Assembly: GCA_024695235.1 (NCBI GenBank)
Contig: JAILIP010000013.1
Coordinates: forward strand, 1-59,453
DNA length: 59,453 nucleotides
Direction of reading: 5' to 3'
Origin: Bacilli bacterium
Lineage (GTDB): Bacteria; Bacillota_I; Bacilli_A; RFN20; CAG-826
Under the pieces are notes generated by a model. It worked only from the letters and a program-made list of their open reading frames with translations, was not told the origin of the DNA and searched no databases. Shown one piece after another: positions 21,517 to 32,514 of this stretch. A program made the translations under genes and the position numbers. Every line of letters starts with the position of its first letter. Positions within the stretch are counted from its first letter, which is position 1.

Positions 21517-23241
21517 ATGAAATCTCATAAACTCTTAACTCTACTCTGCACTTTGCCTCTTGTTGCAGTAGCTTCTGGATGTAACTCCACAAAAGTTGAT
21601 CCTGATGCTGTGCTTCCTGAGAACCAAAGACATTTCCGCGATGAAGAAGAAATGAATACGCTTCGCCAAGTTGTTAGCGGTGGTGGTATGGGTATTGCAA
21701 ATCCTGCTCCATCTACTGGTGATACACGTGTTTTAGTTTTACCAATCTCCTTTACTGACTTCCCTGCTGAAGAAATCGGCATGTATTATAACGGTGAAGG
21801 TGGTAGGAAACACTTCCCAACTGGTGATATTCCAGCTGGTACAGGTCGTGGTGCAGAAAACGCAATCAAAGATATTGAAAAAACATTCTTTGGAAAACCT
21901 GAAGATACATATTGGCATTCATTAGCAAGCTACTATAAGGCATCTTCGTATGGAAAACTTAACCTTAATGGTATGGTTTATCCAGAATGGATTCCTGCTT
22001 TTACTAACTATGACACCATGGCTCCAGTAACCGCTAAAGAATTCGCAGATAAAAGCTCAGCTCAATCATTAATTACTGACACAGTTCGTAAGATTGCTAA
22101 GACAAATAGATACAAAGCTTTCAAAAATGATAAGGGACAGCAAATGTTCCAATCCGGTCAAGAATTCTTGAAATACTTTGACTCTGATAGTGATGGCTTT
22201 GTTGACTTGGTTGAAGTTGTTTATAGCGCTCCATATCATGCCCAATGGAATGATGGTGGAACATGGAAAGCAATTAATGATGAAACATTCTGGGCATATT
22301 GTGGTTACACAACTGCTTCTGCTAACTTAGGCAATCCAAACGTTGGTAAATACGTCTTCCAAAGCTATTACACAATGTTTGAAAGTGGCTATCTTGATGC
22401 AAGCGAAAAGACTGTCAACTGGACACCTCAAGAAATCTCTGATGGTGTTGCTAAAGCTGACGCTCACACAATCATTCACGAATCAGGTCACGGACTTGGA
22501 TTAGCTGACTACTATAGCTATGATACTCAATCTGCTCCTCAAATCGGTGCATGTGATATGATGGCTTTAAATATTGGCGATCATAACTCATATTCAAAAT
22601 CCATCCTTGGTTGGACAGATCCGGTTGTCGTTAAAGGACCAACTGAAGTTACAGTTAAATCCTTCACTGAAACTGGTGAATGTGTCTATATCCCATATCG
22701 TGGTTATTACGATGATGGCACTGATATTGATAAAAAGTATAAAAATACATTCAATACTGAATATATTGCTTTAGAGCTTTATAATCCAACTGGCGTTAAC
22801 GCAACTGATAGTCATCATAAATACAATGGTAGTTATCCACTTTGCCCATCAACAAACGGCCTAAAGATTTACCATGTTGATTCACGCTTAGGTTTATTTG
22901 ACTATAGTAGTGGTTCAAAACGTTTCGCTGGTTATACATCATCAATCGTTTCAACTGGTTCAAATGTTTACGTTGACTTCGCTCACGATAACACTCCAAG
23001 TAGAAGCTTAAAGAACGCAAAAGGTGAAACAATTAACTTGATTGAATATATGTACAAAAACAAAAAATCCAATCCAGCATATCTCACCAATGATTCCTTA
23101 TATCAACAAGGAGATGTCATCTTTGATGGAGAACACTTCGGTGATTTCGAATTCAACTCCGGAAATGCGTTCGGTTATAAGATTACTGTTAAGGCCTTAT
23201 CAGCTGAAAGCGTGACACTTCTTATTGAAGCAAAGAAATAA
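21517..23241 (+). CDS. M6 (immune inhibitor A-like) metalloprotease lipoprotein
   Basis: Lipobox VASGC; LVLPI.FTD; HESGHGLGLADYY (HExxHxxGxxD); Met-turn DMM; start ATG 21517 after AAGGAGG. Confidence 0.8.
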   Translation: MKSHKLLTLLCTLPLVAVASGCNSTKVDPDAVLPENQRHFRDEEEMNTLRQVVSGGGMGIANPAPSTGDTRVLVLPISFTDFPAEEIGMYYNGEGGRKHFPTGDIPAGTGRGAENAIKDIEKTFFGKPEDTYWHSLASYYKASSYGKLNLNGMVYPEWIPAFTNYDTMAPVTAKEFADKSSAQSLITDTVRKIAKTNRYKAFKNDKGQQMFQSGQEFLKYFDSDSDGFVDLVEVVYSAPYHAQWNDGGTWKAINDETFWAYCGYTTASANLGNPNVGKYVFQSYYTMFESGYLDASEKTVNWTPQEISDGVAKADAHTIIHESGHGLGLADYYSYDTQSAPQIGACDMMALNIGDHNSYSKSILGWTDPVVVKGPTEVTVKSFTETGECVYIPYRGYYDDGTDIDKKYKNTFNTEYIALELYNPTGVNATDSHHKYNGSYPLCPSTNGLKIYHVDSRLGLFDYSSGSKRFAGYTSSIVSTGSNVYVDFAHDNTPSRSLKNAKGETINLIEYMYKNKKSNPAYLTNDSLYQQGDVIFDGEHFGDFEFNSGNAFGYKITVKALSAESVTLLIEAKK

Positions 23242-23253
23242 GTATTAACAATT

Positions 23254-23288
23254 AGACCGTCTTATTAAGGCGGTCTTTTTTTATTTTT
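23254..23288 (+). terminator. Rho-independent terminator
   Basis: AGACCGTCTT-att-AAGGCGGTCT plus T tract. Confidence 0.85.
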
Positions 23289-23331
23289 AATCAAATAGAT
23301 TTGGTGTATTATTTGTTTATAACAATATAAT

Positions 23332-26300
23332 ATGAAAAAGTCCGTTTCTATCGTAGTTGCATCAGTGATTACCGCTCTTAGTATCACTAGTATAACCGCG
23401 GTAGTTTTTTCATCTAAGAATAATTCAATTGAAACTCAAGGCTATACACCTAGAACAAGCGATACTCTTCCAACCACATTATATTTAGATGATGTTGATG
23501 AACCAGATATTCGTTCATATTATTCTGCACTTAACAATAAAGGTAACTCTCAAAAGACTGGAACAAATCTTTTAGCAAGCCTAAAACCAATTCTTAAGAA
23601 CAATCAAATTTACTACAAGTACTCCAGTGATATGTCCATTTGGCAGTTATATGAAATTGCTGATAGAGATTGGAGCAAATCTCCTGCCAGTGCAATCACT
23701 TATGGAACATATGACTCAGTCAATAACGTAATCACCAGTTATCAATATGGTAATAATGATGATGGAAAGAATAATCCATATCTTCATGCTTTATACACCA
23801 ATCGTAAAAGTGACGATGGCACAAAAGCATGGGGAGACCATACCCAAACTGGTACTTATGGTATAAATAGAGAACACATCTGGCCTAAATCACATGGTTT
23901 TGATACAGAACCCGATAGTGGTGATAACGGAGGAGCTCGTGGCGATCCAATGCATCTATGGCCAGGAAATGGTAAAGCAAACAATATTCACAGTAATTAC
24001 TTCTATGGATATGTTGATAAAAACCAAAGCTACACAGATTTAGGTAGTAAATATTGGCCTTCAATTTCGGGTAACTATTTAGGACAATCTAAAACTCTTG
24101 GATCAGGAACAGTATTTGAACCACAAGATCAAGATAAAGGTGATATTGCTCGCGCAGTCTTTTATATGGTTGCTAGATACAATTGCTATGGAGGCAATGA
24201 CTCCGATGGTATTAACGGCAATAACCCTGCTTTAGTGCTTTCAAATGATTTAAGTGAAAACTCAAGAACTGGAACAAGTGCCAGTTATACAGATACTTAT
24301 TCTCTAGGTATTCTCCAAGATTTACTTGAATGGAATAGACTTGATAAACCAGATGCTTGGGAAATTCATCGAAACAATCTTTTGTATCGTAATTTCACCA
24401 ATAACAGAAACCCATTTATCGATTTCCCTGAATGGGCAGACTATATTTGGGGTGATAAAGCAGGCTCTAACTATGTTAATCCTCAAAAAGACACCCTAAA
24501 TGACTGGAGAAGTGATGTAGTTGGGACAATTACCCTAAACAAGAATAAAATCGCCTTAAAAACGGGTTCTAGTGAAACATTAACTGCAACTGTTAGTGAT
24601 GGAAGCACTGTTACATGGTCATCGTCTAACACAACTGTTGCATCAGTTAATCAAAGTGGTAAAGTCACTGCTAACTCTAAAGGCAGCGCCACAATTACAG
24701 CATCTGCCACAATTGATGACACGACAATTACTGCTACATGTGCCGTTACAGTTACTGATCCAGATGCAACTGTTAGTAGTGTCAGTGTATCTCCATCATC
24801 AACGTCACTTGATGTATATAACAACAAGACTGTTACGTTAAGTGCAACAGTTAATGGGAGTTACAATCCTCCACAAAGTGTTACTTGGTCAACATCCAAT
24901 AATACTTTAGCTACAGTTGACACTGATGGTGTTGTCACAGCCTTAAAAGAAGGTAATGTCACAATCACAGCGACATCTGTATATGATTCAACTAAATCAG
25001 GTAGTGCCACAATTTCTATTAGTGACTCAACACCTAAACTAACATCCATTATCGTTCAAAATCCAAAGACAACTTATAACGCTGGTGATTCATTTGTAAA
25101 ACCAACCGTTATTGCTACATATGATGGTTCAACCTCACATGCAGTTGATGGCGCAACATTTAGTGGCTATAGCATGGTCACTAGTGGTGAACAAACAGTT
25201 AATGTCTCATATACTGAAAACGGCATTACCGAAACTACCTCATATCAAATCACTGTTAATGCTGCGGATAGTTATAGTGATGTAATTACCTCATCTATTA
25301 CTAACCCAGAAAAGAGCGGGTACAACAAATGGAGTGATGTTTCAGTTACTTCTCCTGCAAAGTATGCTGGTGTAACAGCTAAACACACTAGTGGCGCAAT
25401 TCAAATATCCTCTACCTCTACGGGTGCTGGATATCCAATCATTTATACAACTGAATCAGGTGGATATTTATCAACTGTTACAATTGCATGGAATTCTTCT
25501 ACCGGAGAAAGAACGCTTAACGTATACGCAAGCAATACCGCATATACAACATCTGGAGATTATTCAGTAGTTGAAAATCGCGGAACACTTATAGGAAGTG
25601 TATCTAATCCATATAGCACAAGTGATGATTTAACAGTTATCTTCCATAACAATTATCGTTATCTTCTTTTAGCATCCAATTATGGTGCAATGTATATCGA
25701 TAGCATCACAGTCAACTGGTCTTCATCTGAACTTCCTGATGTCCCTGTTGAAGATTTCTCTATTAATCCTCACTCATTAACTCTAGTAGAAGGGAAGTCT
25801 CAGCAAATTGCGGCTTCTTTTACGCCTTCGTATGCCACTAACCAAGCTATTGATTGGTCTTCATCAAATACTAGTGTTGCAACTGTTAGTGATGGTGTTG
25901 TTACGGCTGTTAGTGCTGGTATAGCTACAATCAGCGCCGTTACAGATGATGGTGGCTTCGGTGATTCTTTAACTGTAACTGTTTTATCTAGTGGTGGAAC
26001 ATTCCCATATATCATTGGTCAACCATATAAGATGTACGTAAGTAATACTCTCCGTGCAGAAGAATGCTATTTCAACGGTTCAATGTCTGGAAGCTATTAT
26101 GGGGCAACATCGACTGATTATTCTAATGCCGTTGATGTTTATTTTGAAGTTAATGGTGGTGGATATAACATCTACTTCAATGATCCAAATGATAGCAACA
26201 GTAAAAAATACATTGATGTTGCAATAAATGGAGATTATAAGAATTTCTCAATTAATTCAGCATCAGCCCCAACATATACGTGGTCATACGATTCTACCAA

Positions 26301-26820
26301 CGGATATCTATATACTTCCATTGATGATAAAGATTGGAGATTAGGTGGTTATTCTAAATACACAACTTTAGCAGTCTATGACGCTACAAGAACGAATATC
26401 TATGATATTCAATTCAAAGAAACCATTGAAGTTTTTTCCTATTACATGATGAATAAAATTACATGCGATGCCTCTGGAGTTGAAGCTCCTGGATTTAATA
26501 ATGGTTATTCTTGGAATAACTTAGGAGAAATCTATGCAAGTTTAGATGCTTCTGAAAAACAAGAGTTTGTTTCTGCTTCGCCAATTGAGAATTCAATAAA
26601 TATTGTTGAGCAAGCTGCATATAGATATGACTATATTATTGAGAAATATGGCTTAACTAGCTATGCTAACTTCGCTGCAAGGAATGTAAATCCAAGAATT
26701 AAAACAACCTCGTTATTGCTAGATAGTTCATCTACAGTAGCTATCATTGTGATTATCTCTCTTGTTGGAGTTACATCCATAGGAGCGTACTTCTCACTTA
26801 GAAAACGCAAAGAGAATTAG
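23332..26820 (+). CDS. Surface-anchored endonuclease I (EndA/Bsn-like) with Ig-like repeats
   Basis: Signal peptide; NREHIWPKSHG, D.MHL.P, KGDIARAVFYMVARY, RNPFID; three W-S-S/T-S-N..A.V Big_2 repeats; C-terminal TM plus RKRK. Confidence 0.85.
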   Translation: MKKSVSIVVASVITALSITSITAVVFSSKNNSIETQGYTPRTSDTLPTTLYLDDVDEPDIRSYYSALNNKGNSQKTGTNLLASLKPILKNNQIYYKYSSDMSIWQLYEIADRDWSKSPASAITYGTYDSVNNVITSYQYGNNDDGKNNPYLHALYTNRKSDDGTKAWGDHTQTGTYGINREHIWPKSHGFDTEPDSGDNGGARGDPMHLWPGNGKANNIHSNYFYGYVDKNQSYTDLGSKYWPSISGNYLGQSKTLGSGTVFEPQDQDKGDIARAVFYMVARYNCYGGNDSDGINGNNPALVLSNDLSENSRTGTSASYTDTYSLGILQDLLEWNRLDKPDAWEIHRNNLLYRNFTNNRNPFIDFPEWADYIWGDKAGSNYVNPQKDTLNDWRSDVVGTITLNKNKIALKTGSSETLTATVSDGSTVTWSSSNTTVASVNQSGKVTANSKGSATITASATIDDTTITATCAVTVTDPDATVSSVSVSPSSTSLDVYNNKTVTLSATVNGSYNPPQSVTWSTSNNTLATVDTDGVVTALKEGNVTITATSVYDSTKSGSATISISDSTPKLTSIIVQNPKTTYNAGDSFVKPTVIATYDGSTSHAVDGATFSGYSMVTSGEQTVNVSYTENGITETTSYQITVNAADSYSDVITSSITNPEKSGYNKWSDVSVTSPAKYAGVTAKHTSGAIQISSTSTGAGYPIIYTTESGGYLSTVTIAWNSSTGERTLNVYASNTAYTTSGDYSVVENRGTLIGSVSNPYSTSDDLTVIFHNNYRYLLLASNYGAMYIDSITVNWSSSELPDVPVEDFSINPHSLTLVEGKSQQIAASFTPSYATNQAIDWSSSNTSVATVSDGVVTAVSAGIATISAVTDDGGFGDSLTVTVLSSGGTFPYIIGQPYKMYVSNTLRAEECYFNGSMSGSYYGATSTDYSNAVDVYFEVNGGGYNIYFNDPNDSNSKKYIDVAINGDYKNFSINSASAPTYTWSYDSTNGYLYTSIDDKDWRLGGYSKYTTLAVYDATRTNIYDIQFKETIEVFSYYMMNKITCDASGVEAPGFNNGYSWNNLGEIYASLDASEKQEFVSASPIENSINIVEQAAYRYDYIIEKYGLTSYANFAARNVNPRIKTTSLLLDSSSTVAIIVIISLVGVTSIGAYFSLRKRKEN

Positions 26821-26844
26821 TGGTTCAGATGCCACTTTTTCTTT
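26819..26844 (+). terminator. Probable terminator
   Basis: AGTGGT..GCCACT plus T tract. Confidence 0.55.
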
Positions 26845-26871
26845 ATCCTCTTGAAATAGATAAAATTTTTA

Positions 26872-26901
26872 TTGACTTAATATAAATATATTTGATATTA
26901 T
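26872..26901 (+). promoter_or_regulatory. SigA promoter for the str operon
   Basis: TTGACT-18-TATTAT with TG extension. Confidence 0.65.
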
Positions 26902-27005
26902 CTTCTTCGGTATCACAGATCCCTACGGGTCTTATTATTTACGGGTAATAAAGACACACCGGGAAATGTGTGCAACAATAGTATTCATTGAAAGGAGGAC
27001 ACTCA

Positions 27006-27425
27006 ATGCCAACTATTAATCAATTAGTTAAAAATGGCCGTTCTCGTGCAGTTAAGAAATCAAAAACCCCTGCTCTTGGTAAAAGATGGAATTCACTAAA
27101 AAGCCGTGAGACTGATCAACCATCAGCCCAAAAAAGAGGAGTTTGCACCCGTGTCGGTACAATGACACCTAAGAAACCAAACTCTGCTCTTCGTAAATAT
27201 GCTCGTGTACGCTTATCAAACGGATACGAAGTCACAGCTTACATCGGTGGTGAAGGCCACAACTTACAAGAACACTCCACAGTTATCATTCGTGGTGGAC
27301 GTGTTAAAGATTTACCAGGTGTTCGTTATCACATCGTTCGCGGAACACTCGACTGTGCCGGTATTGAAGCAAGACGTCAAGGTCGCTCATTATACGGAAC
27401 AAAGAAACCAAAAGCCGCCAACTAA
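27006..27425 (+). CDS. rpsL: 30S ribosomal protein S12
   Basis: [27 protein letters not shown]; start at ATG 27006. Confidence 0.99.
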   Translation: MPTINQLVKNGRSRAVKKSKTPALGKRWNSLKSRETDQPSAQKRGVCTRVGTMTPKKPNSALRKYARVRLSNGYEVTAYIGGEGHNLQEHSTVIIRGGRVKDLPGVRYHIVRGTLDCAGIEARRQGRSLYGTKKPKAAN

Positions 27426-27457
27426 GAATAACGAAATAAAAGAAAGGAGATTAATAT

Positions 27458-27928
27458 ATGCCACGTAAAGGAAGTGTTGCAAAACGCGAAGTCTTACCAG
27501 ATCCAATATATAACACTCAATTAGTTACTCGTTTGATCAACCGTATTATGATCGATGGTAAAAGAGGCACTGCCCAAACCATTCTCTACAATGCATTTAA
27601 GAAAATCGAGAAGACAACTGGTAAACCTGCTATGGATGTCTTTGCAACTGCATTAAATAATATTATGCCTGAAGTCGAACTTAAGGTTCGTCGTATCGGC
27701 GCAGCCAACTACCAAGTTCCTGTTGATGTTTCTAACGAAAGAAAAGTCACTCTTGGCTTACGTTGGTTAGTCACCTACTCCCGTCTCAGAAATGAAAAAT
27801 CCATGGAAGATAAACTTGCTGGAGAAATCATTGATGCTGCAAACGGAACAGGTGCATCCGTTAAGAAAAAAGAAGATACGCATAAGATGGCTGAAGCCAA
27901 CAAAGCTTATGCTCACTATCGCTGGTAA
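27458..27928 (+). CDS. rpsG: 30S ribosomal protein S7
   Basis: [24 protein letters not shown]. Confidence 0.99.
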   Translation: MPRKGSVAKREVLPDPIYNTQLVTRLINRIMIDGKRGTAQTILYNAFKKIEKTTGKPAMDVFATALNNIMPEVELKVRRIGAANYQVPVDVSNERKVTLGLRWLVTYSRLRNEKSMEDKLAGEIIDAANGTGASVKKKEDTHKMAEANKAYAHYRW

Positions 27929-27943
27929 TAGGAGATCACATTT

Positions 27944-30022
27944 ATGTCACGTGAATATGATTTAGCCCATACCAGAAATATCGGTATCATGGCTCACATT
28001 GATGCCGGTAAAACAACAACCACTGAAAGAATTCTTTATTTCACTGGTAAAATCCACAAAATTGGTGAGGTTCATGAAGGTGCCGCAACAATGGACTGGA
28101 TGGAACAAGAACAAGAAAGAGGTATTACAATTACCTCAGCTGCTACCACAGCTTTCTGGAAAGGTAACCGCATCAATGTTATCGACACTCCGGGGCACGT
28201 CGACTTCACAGTTGAAGTTGAACGTTCACTTCGTGTCTTAGACGGTGCTGTCACAGTTCTAGATGGTAAAAACGGTGTTGAACCACAAACCGAAACCGTT
28301 TGGAGACAAGGTACAAAATATGGTGTTCCACGTATTGTCTTTGTTAACAAACTCGACGCTATTGGCGCTGACTTCGATATGTGTGTTGCTTCATTACATG
28401 AGCGTTTAGCCGCTAATGCAGCAGCCGTTCAATATCCAATTGGAAGAGAGTCTCAATTCACTGGTGTCATCGACATCATTGAAAGAAAAGCTTGGATGTA
28501 CACATCTGATAAAGATGAAGCTCCAGCCGAAGCTCCAATTCCAGAAGAATATAAAGATAAAGTCGAAGAATTACGTCTCAAACTTCTTGAAGCACTTGCT
28601 TCATTTAATGATGATCTCATGATGCTCGTTCTTGAAGGTGAAGATGTACCACTCGACATGATCAAAGAAACAATCAGAAAAGCAGTTCTTACTGGCGAAT
28701 TCTTCCCAGTATTCTGCGGATCAGCTTACAAGAACAAAGGTATTCAATTGTTGCTTGATGGAGTTGTCAACTATCTCCCAAGCCCACTTGATATTCCAGC
28801 TGCTGTTGGCGAAGACGAACTTGGTAACAAAGTCCCATGTAAACCAGACGACAATGAACCACTTCGTGCCTTAGCCTTCAAGATTGCTACTGACCCATAC
28901 ATTGGCCGTTTAGCCTATGTCAGAGTCTACAGTGGTGTCTTAAAATCTGGTTCCTATGTCCTCAACTCAACAAAAGGCGCTAAAGAGCGTATCGCTCGTG
29001 TCGTCTTAATGCATTCCAATCATAGACAAGAAGTTGATGCTCTCCACGCTGGAGATATCGGTGCTGTTGTCGGTCTTAAAAACACAACCACTGGTGATAC
29101 TCTCTGTGAAGAAGGAAAGCCACTCATTCTTGAAAGAATGGAATTCCCAGAACCAGTTATTGAAGAAGCTGTTGAACCAAAATCAAAAGCTGATCAAGAA
29201 AAGATGGGTATCGCTCTTCAAAAATTAGCTGAAGAAGACCCAACCTTCAAAGTTCATACAAACGTTGAAACTGGTCAAACAATTATCGCCGGTGTTGGTG
29301 AGCTACACCTCGATATCATCATTGACCGTATGCGCCGTGAATTCGGTGTCCAAGTCAACGTTGGTACTCCACAAGTCGGTTACCGCGAAACAATTCGCAA
29401 AGCAGCCGAATGTGAAGGAAAATACATCAAGCAAAGCGGTGGTCGTGGTCAATATGGTCACGTTTGGATTCGCTTTGAACCTAACGAAGGCAAAGGATTT
29501 GAGTTCGTTGATGAAGTTGTCGGCGGTTCTGTTCCAAGAGAATATATCCGTCCAACTCAAGATGGTCTCGTCGATGCCTTGAATAGGGGACTTGTTGCTG
29601 GTTATCCAGTAATTGATGTCAAAGCCACATTATTTGATGGTAGTAGCCACGATGTTGATAGCTCTGAAGCTGCTTACAAAATCGCTGCCTCTATGGCTCT
29701 TAAAGAAGCCGCCAAGAAGTGCGATCCTGTAATCCTTGAACCTATCATGAAAATTGAGGTTACAGTCCCTGAACAATACTATGGTGATGTCATCGGTGAT
29801 ATCTCTCGTCGTAGAGGTAACATGACTGGCGAATCACAAAGAGGTAACGCTAAGATCGTTGAAGCTGAAGTACCTTTAGCAGAAATGTTCGGTTACGTTA
29901 CTGACTTACGTAGCTTCACCCAAGGTAGAGGTAACTACACAATGCAGTTCTCTCACTATGGTGAATGCCCACGCTTTATCCAAGACGAAATTATCAAAAA
30001 ATCCGGCATGTCCGCTAGATAA
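27944..30022 (+). CDS. fusA: Elongation factor G
   Basis: [33 protein letters not shown]. Confidence 0.99.
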   Translation: MSREYDLAHTRNIGIMAHIDAGKTTTTERILYFTGKIHKIGEVHEGAATMDWMEQEQERGITITSAATTAFWKGNRINVIDTPGHVDFTVEVERSLRVLDGAVTVLDGKNGVEPQTETVWRQGTKYGVPRIVFVNKLDAIGADFDMCVASLHERLAANAAAVQYPIGRESQFTGVIDIIERKAWMYTSDKDEAPAEAPIPEEYKDKVEELRLKLLEALASFNDDLMMLVLEGEDVPLDMIKETIRKAVLTGEFFPVFCGSAYKNKGIQLLLDGVVNYLPSPLDIPAAVGEDELGNKVPCKPDDNEPLRALAFKIATDPYIGRLAYVRVYSGVLKSGSYVLNSTKGAKERIARVVLMHSNHRQEVDALHAGDIGAVVGLKNTTTGDTLCEEGKPLILERMEFPEPVIEEAVEPKSKADQEKMGIALQKLAEEDPTFKVHTNVETGQTIIAGVGELHLDIIIDRMRREFGVQVNVGTPQVGYRETIRKAAECEGKYIKQSGGRGQYGHVWIRFEPNEGKGFEFVDEVVGGSVPREYIRPTQDGLVDALNRGLVAGYPVIDVKATLFDGSSHDVDSSEAAYKIAASMALKEAAKKCDPVILEPIMKIEVTVPEQYYGDVIGDISRRRGNMTGESQRGNAKIVEAEVPLAEMFGYVTDLRSFTQGRGNYTMQFSHYGECPRFIQDEIIKKSGMSAR

Positions 30023-30040
30023 TTCGTCAAACACATTGTG

Positions 30041-30069
30041 TTGATTTAAAACACAAATTGCTATATTAT
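30041..30069 (+). promoter_or_regulatory. Internal promoter for tuf
   Basis: TTGATT-17-TATTAT. Confidence 0.55.
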
Positions 30070-30116
30070 GATTTCGTTGAATTACGAAAAAATCTTAAAG
30101 GAGGAAATTCAATTTT

Positions 30117-31295
30117 ATGGCAAAAGCAAAATTCGATAGAAGCAAACCACACTTAAACATTGGTACTATCGGTCACGTTGACCATGGTAAAACCACATTA
30201 ACTGCTGCTATCACAAAGTACCTTTCTAAACAAGGCGGTGCTGTCGCTACAGCTTACGATCAAATCGATGCCGCTCCAGAAGAAAAGGCTCGTGGTATTA
30301 CAATCAATACTGCTCACATCGAATACCAAACAGCCAACAGACACTATGCTCACGTTGACTGCCCGGGACACGCTGACTATGTTAAAAACATGATTACAGG
30401 TGCTGCCCAAATGGATGGTGGTATTCTTGTTGTTGCCGCTACTGATGGTGTTATGCCACAAACACGTGAACACATTCTTCTTGCTCGTCAAGTTGGTGTT
30501 CCATACATTGTTGTTTTCTTAAACAAATGTGACCTTGTTGATGACCCAGAACTCATCGACATCGTTGAAATGGAAGTCCGTGAACTCTTATCTTCATACG
30601 GATTCCCAGGTGATGAAGTTCCAGTCATCCGTGGTTCTGCTAAAGTTGCCCTTGATGGTGGCGATGATACATGCATTAAAGAACTTATGGATGCTGTCGA
30701 TAGCTACATCCCACTTCCACAACATGATAAAGATAAACCATTCCTTCTTCCAGTCGAAGACGTCATCACCATTACCGGTCGTGGCACAGTCGTTACTGGT
30801 AGAGTCGAACGTGGTATCTTAAAACTCAATGATGAAGTTGAAATCGTTGGTATTCGTCCAACACAAAAATCAGTCGTCACTGGTATCGAAATGTTCAGAA
30901 AGACACTCGATTACGCCGAACCTGGAGATAATGTTGGTGTACTTCTCCGTGGTATTAACCGTGATCAAGTCGTCCGTGGTCAAGTCCTCGCAAAACCTGG
31001 ATCAATTACTCCACACACCAAATTCACAGCTTCAGTTTACGTACTCAAGAAAGAAGAAGGTGGTCGTCATACAGCTTTCTTAAGCAACTACCGTCCACAA
31101 TTCTACTTCAACACAACTGATATTACAGGTGTCATCACTCTTCCAAGTGGTGTTGAAATGGTTATGCCAGGTGATAACGTCGAATTAACCGTCGAACTCA
31201 TTCACCCAGTTGCAATTGAAAAAGGAACCAAGTTCTCCATCCGTGAAGGTGGACGTACAGTCGGTTCCGGTTCAGTTACCGAAATTCTTAAATAA
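30117..31295 (+). CDS. tuf: Elongation factor Tu
   Basis: [25 protein letters not shown]. Confidence 0.99.
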   Translation: MAKAKFDRSKPHLNIGTIGHVDHGKTTLTAAITKYLSKQGGAVATAYDQIDAAPEEKARGITINTAHIEYQTANRHYAHVDCPGHADYVKNMITGAAQMDGGILVVAATDGVMPQTREHILLARQVGVPYIVVFLNKCDLVDDPELIDIVEMEVRELLSSYGFPGDEVPVIRGSAKVALDGGDDTCIKELMDAVDSYIPLPQHDKDKPFLLPVEDVITITGRGTVVTGRVERGILKLNDEVEIVGIRPTQKSVVTGIEMFRKTLDYAEPGDNVGVLLRGINRDQVVRGQVLAKPGSITPHTKFTASVYVLKKEEGGRHTAFLSNYRPQFYFNTTDITGVITLPSGVEMVMPGDNVELTVELIHPVAIEKGTKFSIREGGRTVGSGSVTEILK

Positions 31296-31315
31296 TTACG
31301 TCTACGTAATCAACT

Positions 31316-31338
31316 AGACCTCTTCGGAGGTCTTTTTT
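31316..31338 (+). terminator. Rho-independent terminator
   Basis: AGACCTC-TTCG-GAGGTCT plus T tract. Confidence 0.9.
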
Positions 31339-31386
31339 GTTATGTTTAGATTGCATTTTATCTAAAATGAAACAATAATAGTTTTA

Positions 31387-32514
31387 ATGGATCAAGTTTC
31401 TAAGTATTCTCTTCCAAGACATACTAACCTTGCTAGTATGTCCGCTCGCTTTGGAGCCGCTATTGTTGACTTAGCTATTTTTATTGCAACAGCCGCAATC
31501 CTTTTCTTTGGATGTTCAAACCTAATTGTCACACATGCTTGGACAAATGCGATGAGCGAAACAATGGAAAAGTATGACCTCGAATCACATCTATCATATT
31601 TAGATGAAAGTGGCACAAAACAATTCTATGAATCCACTGACGATTACACAGTATTTGATACCCAATTAAGATATTATTATCTTAACTACCTTACGGGAGT
31701 TGGTATCGAAGAGCCAGAAAAATACGCTTCTCCAATATATAACGATGAAGTTACTTTAGATGATGGAAGTAAAGCCCTTCCTAAAGACGTCTATACCATT
31801 TACTGGTATAACACGAACGTCCTCGAGATTAATCCAAATGATCCTTTTGGTGAATCTAAAGTATGTTACTTCAAAGCCGATGTCGATGAAGAAAATAAAC
31901 CTGATTTATATAATAAAATCGGCGTTATTCAAAGTGAAGAATATGACAAGGACAAGAACCTCTCAAATGTTGATCGTGTCACATTCATGAGACTTAAATA
32001 TCGCCTTGCTTATAACCATTTAGTTAATCTTAGATTTTATAAGACTATCTACGATAAGTATGTATTTATCACAACATTAAGCGGCATGATTCCTGTACTT
32101 GTTTCAGGTATCATTTGCTATATCGCAATTCCATGGTTTTTGAAGTATCAAGCCACGCTTGGAAAACTCATATTCAAATGTGGTCTTGCTAACATTCATG
32201 GTTATTTCTTAGACAAAAAGAAACTGTTATTAAGATTTGTCCCATTTTTACTTGTATGGGCAGTTATTACATTCCTCACATATAATTTCCTACTCATTTC
32301 AGCGATTATCTTTATTGCTATATTCATATCTTCATTTGCAGTTATGATGGCATCACCAAAGAAAGCCGCTTTGCATGACTGGGTTGCTCAAAGTATCGTT
32401 ATTGATACCAAGTCTTCAATCATTTTTAATGATTCAATTGAAGAAGAAACATATGTTGAAAATGAAGATAGATTAGAAGAACAACGTATCTTAAATAAAG
32501 CACACAATGGATAG
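31387..32514 (+). CDS. RDD-family membrane protein with large extracytoplasmic loop
   Basis: R..A.IVD, TLGK, LHD motifs; TM segments flanking a ~180-aa loop. Confidence 0.7.
   Translation: MDQVSKYSLPRHTNLASMSARFGAAIVDLAIFIATAAILFFGCSNLIVTHAWTNAMSETMEKYDLESHLSYLDESGTKQFYESTDDYTVFDTQLRYYYLNYLTGVGIEEPEKYASPIYNDEVTLDDGSKALPKDVYTIYWYNTNVLEINPNDPFGESKVCYFKADVDEENKPDLYNKIGVIQSEEYDKDKNLSNVDRVTFMRLKYRLAYNHLVNLRFYKTIYDKYVFITTLSGMIPVLVSGIICYIAIPWFLKYQATLGKLIFKCGLANIHGYFLDKKKLLLRFVPFLLVWAVITFLTYNFLLISAIIFIAIFISSFAVMMASPKKAALHDWVAQSIVIDTKSSIIFNDSIEEETYVENEDRLEEQRILNKAHNG

Noticed and set aside
24530-25990. Repetitive Ser/Thr-rich sequence in the nuclease gene
   Set aside because: Explained by diverged Ig-like protein repeats; not CRISPR, DGR or exact DNA repeats
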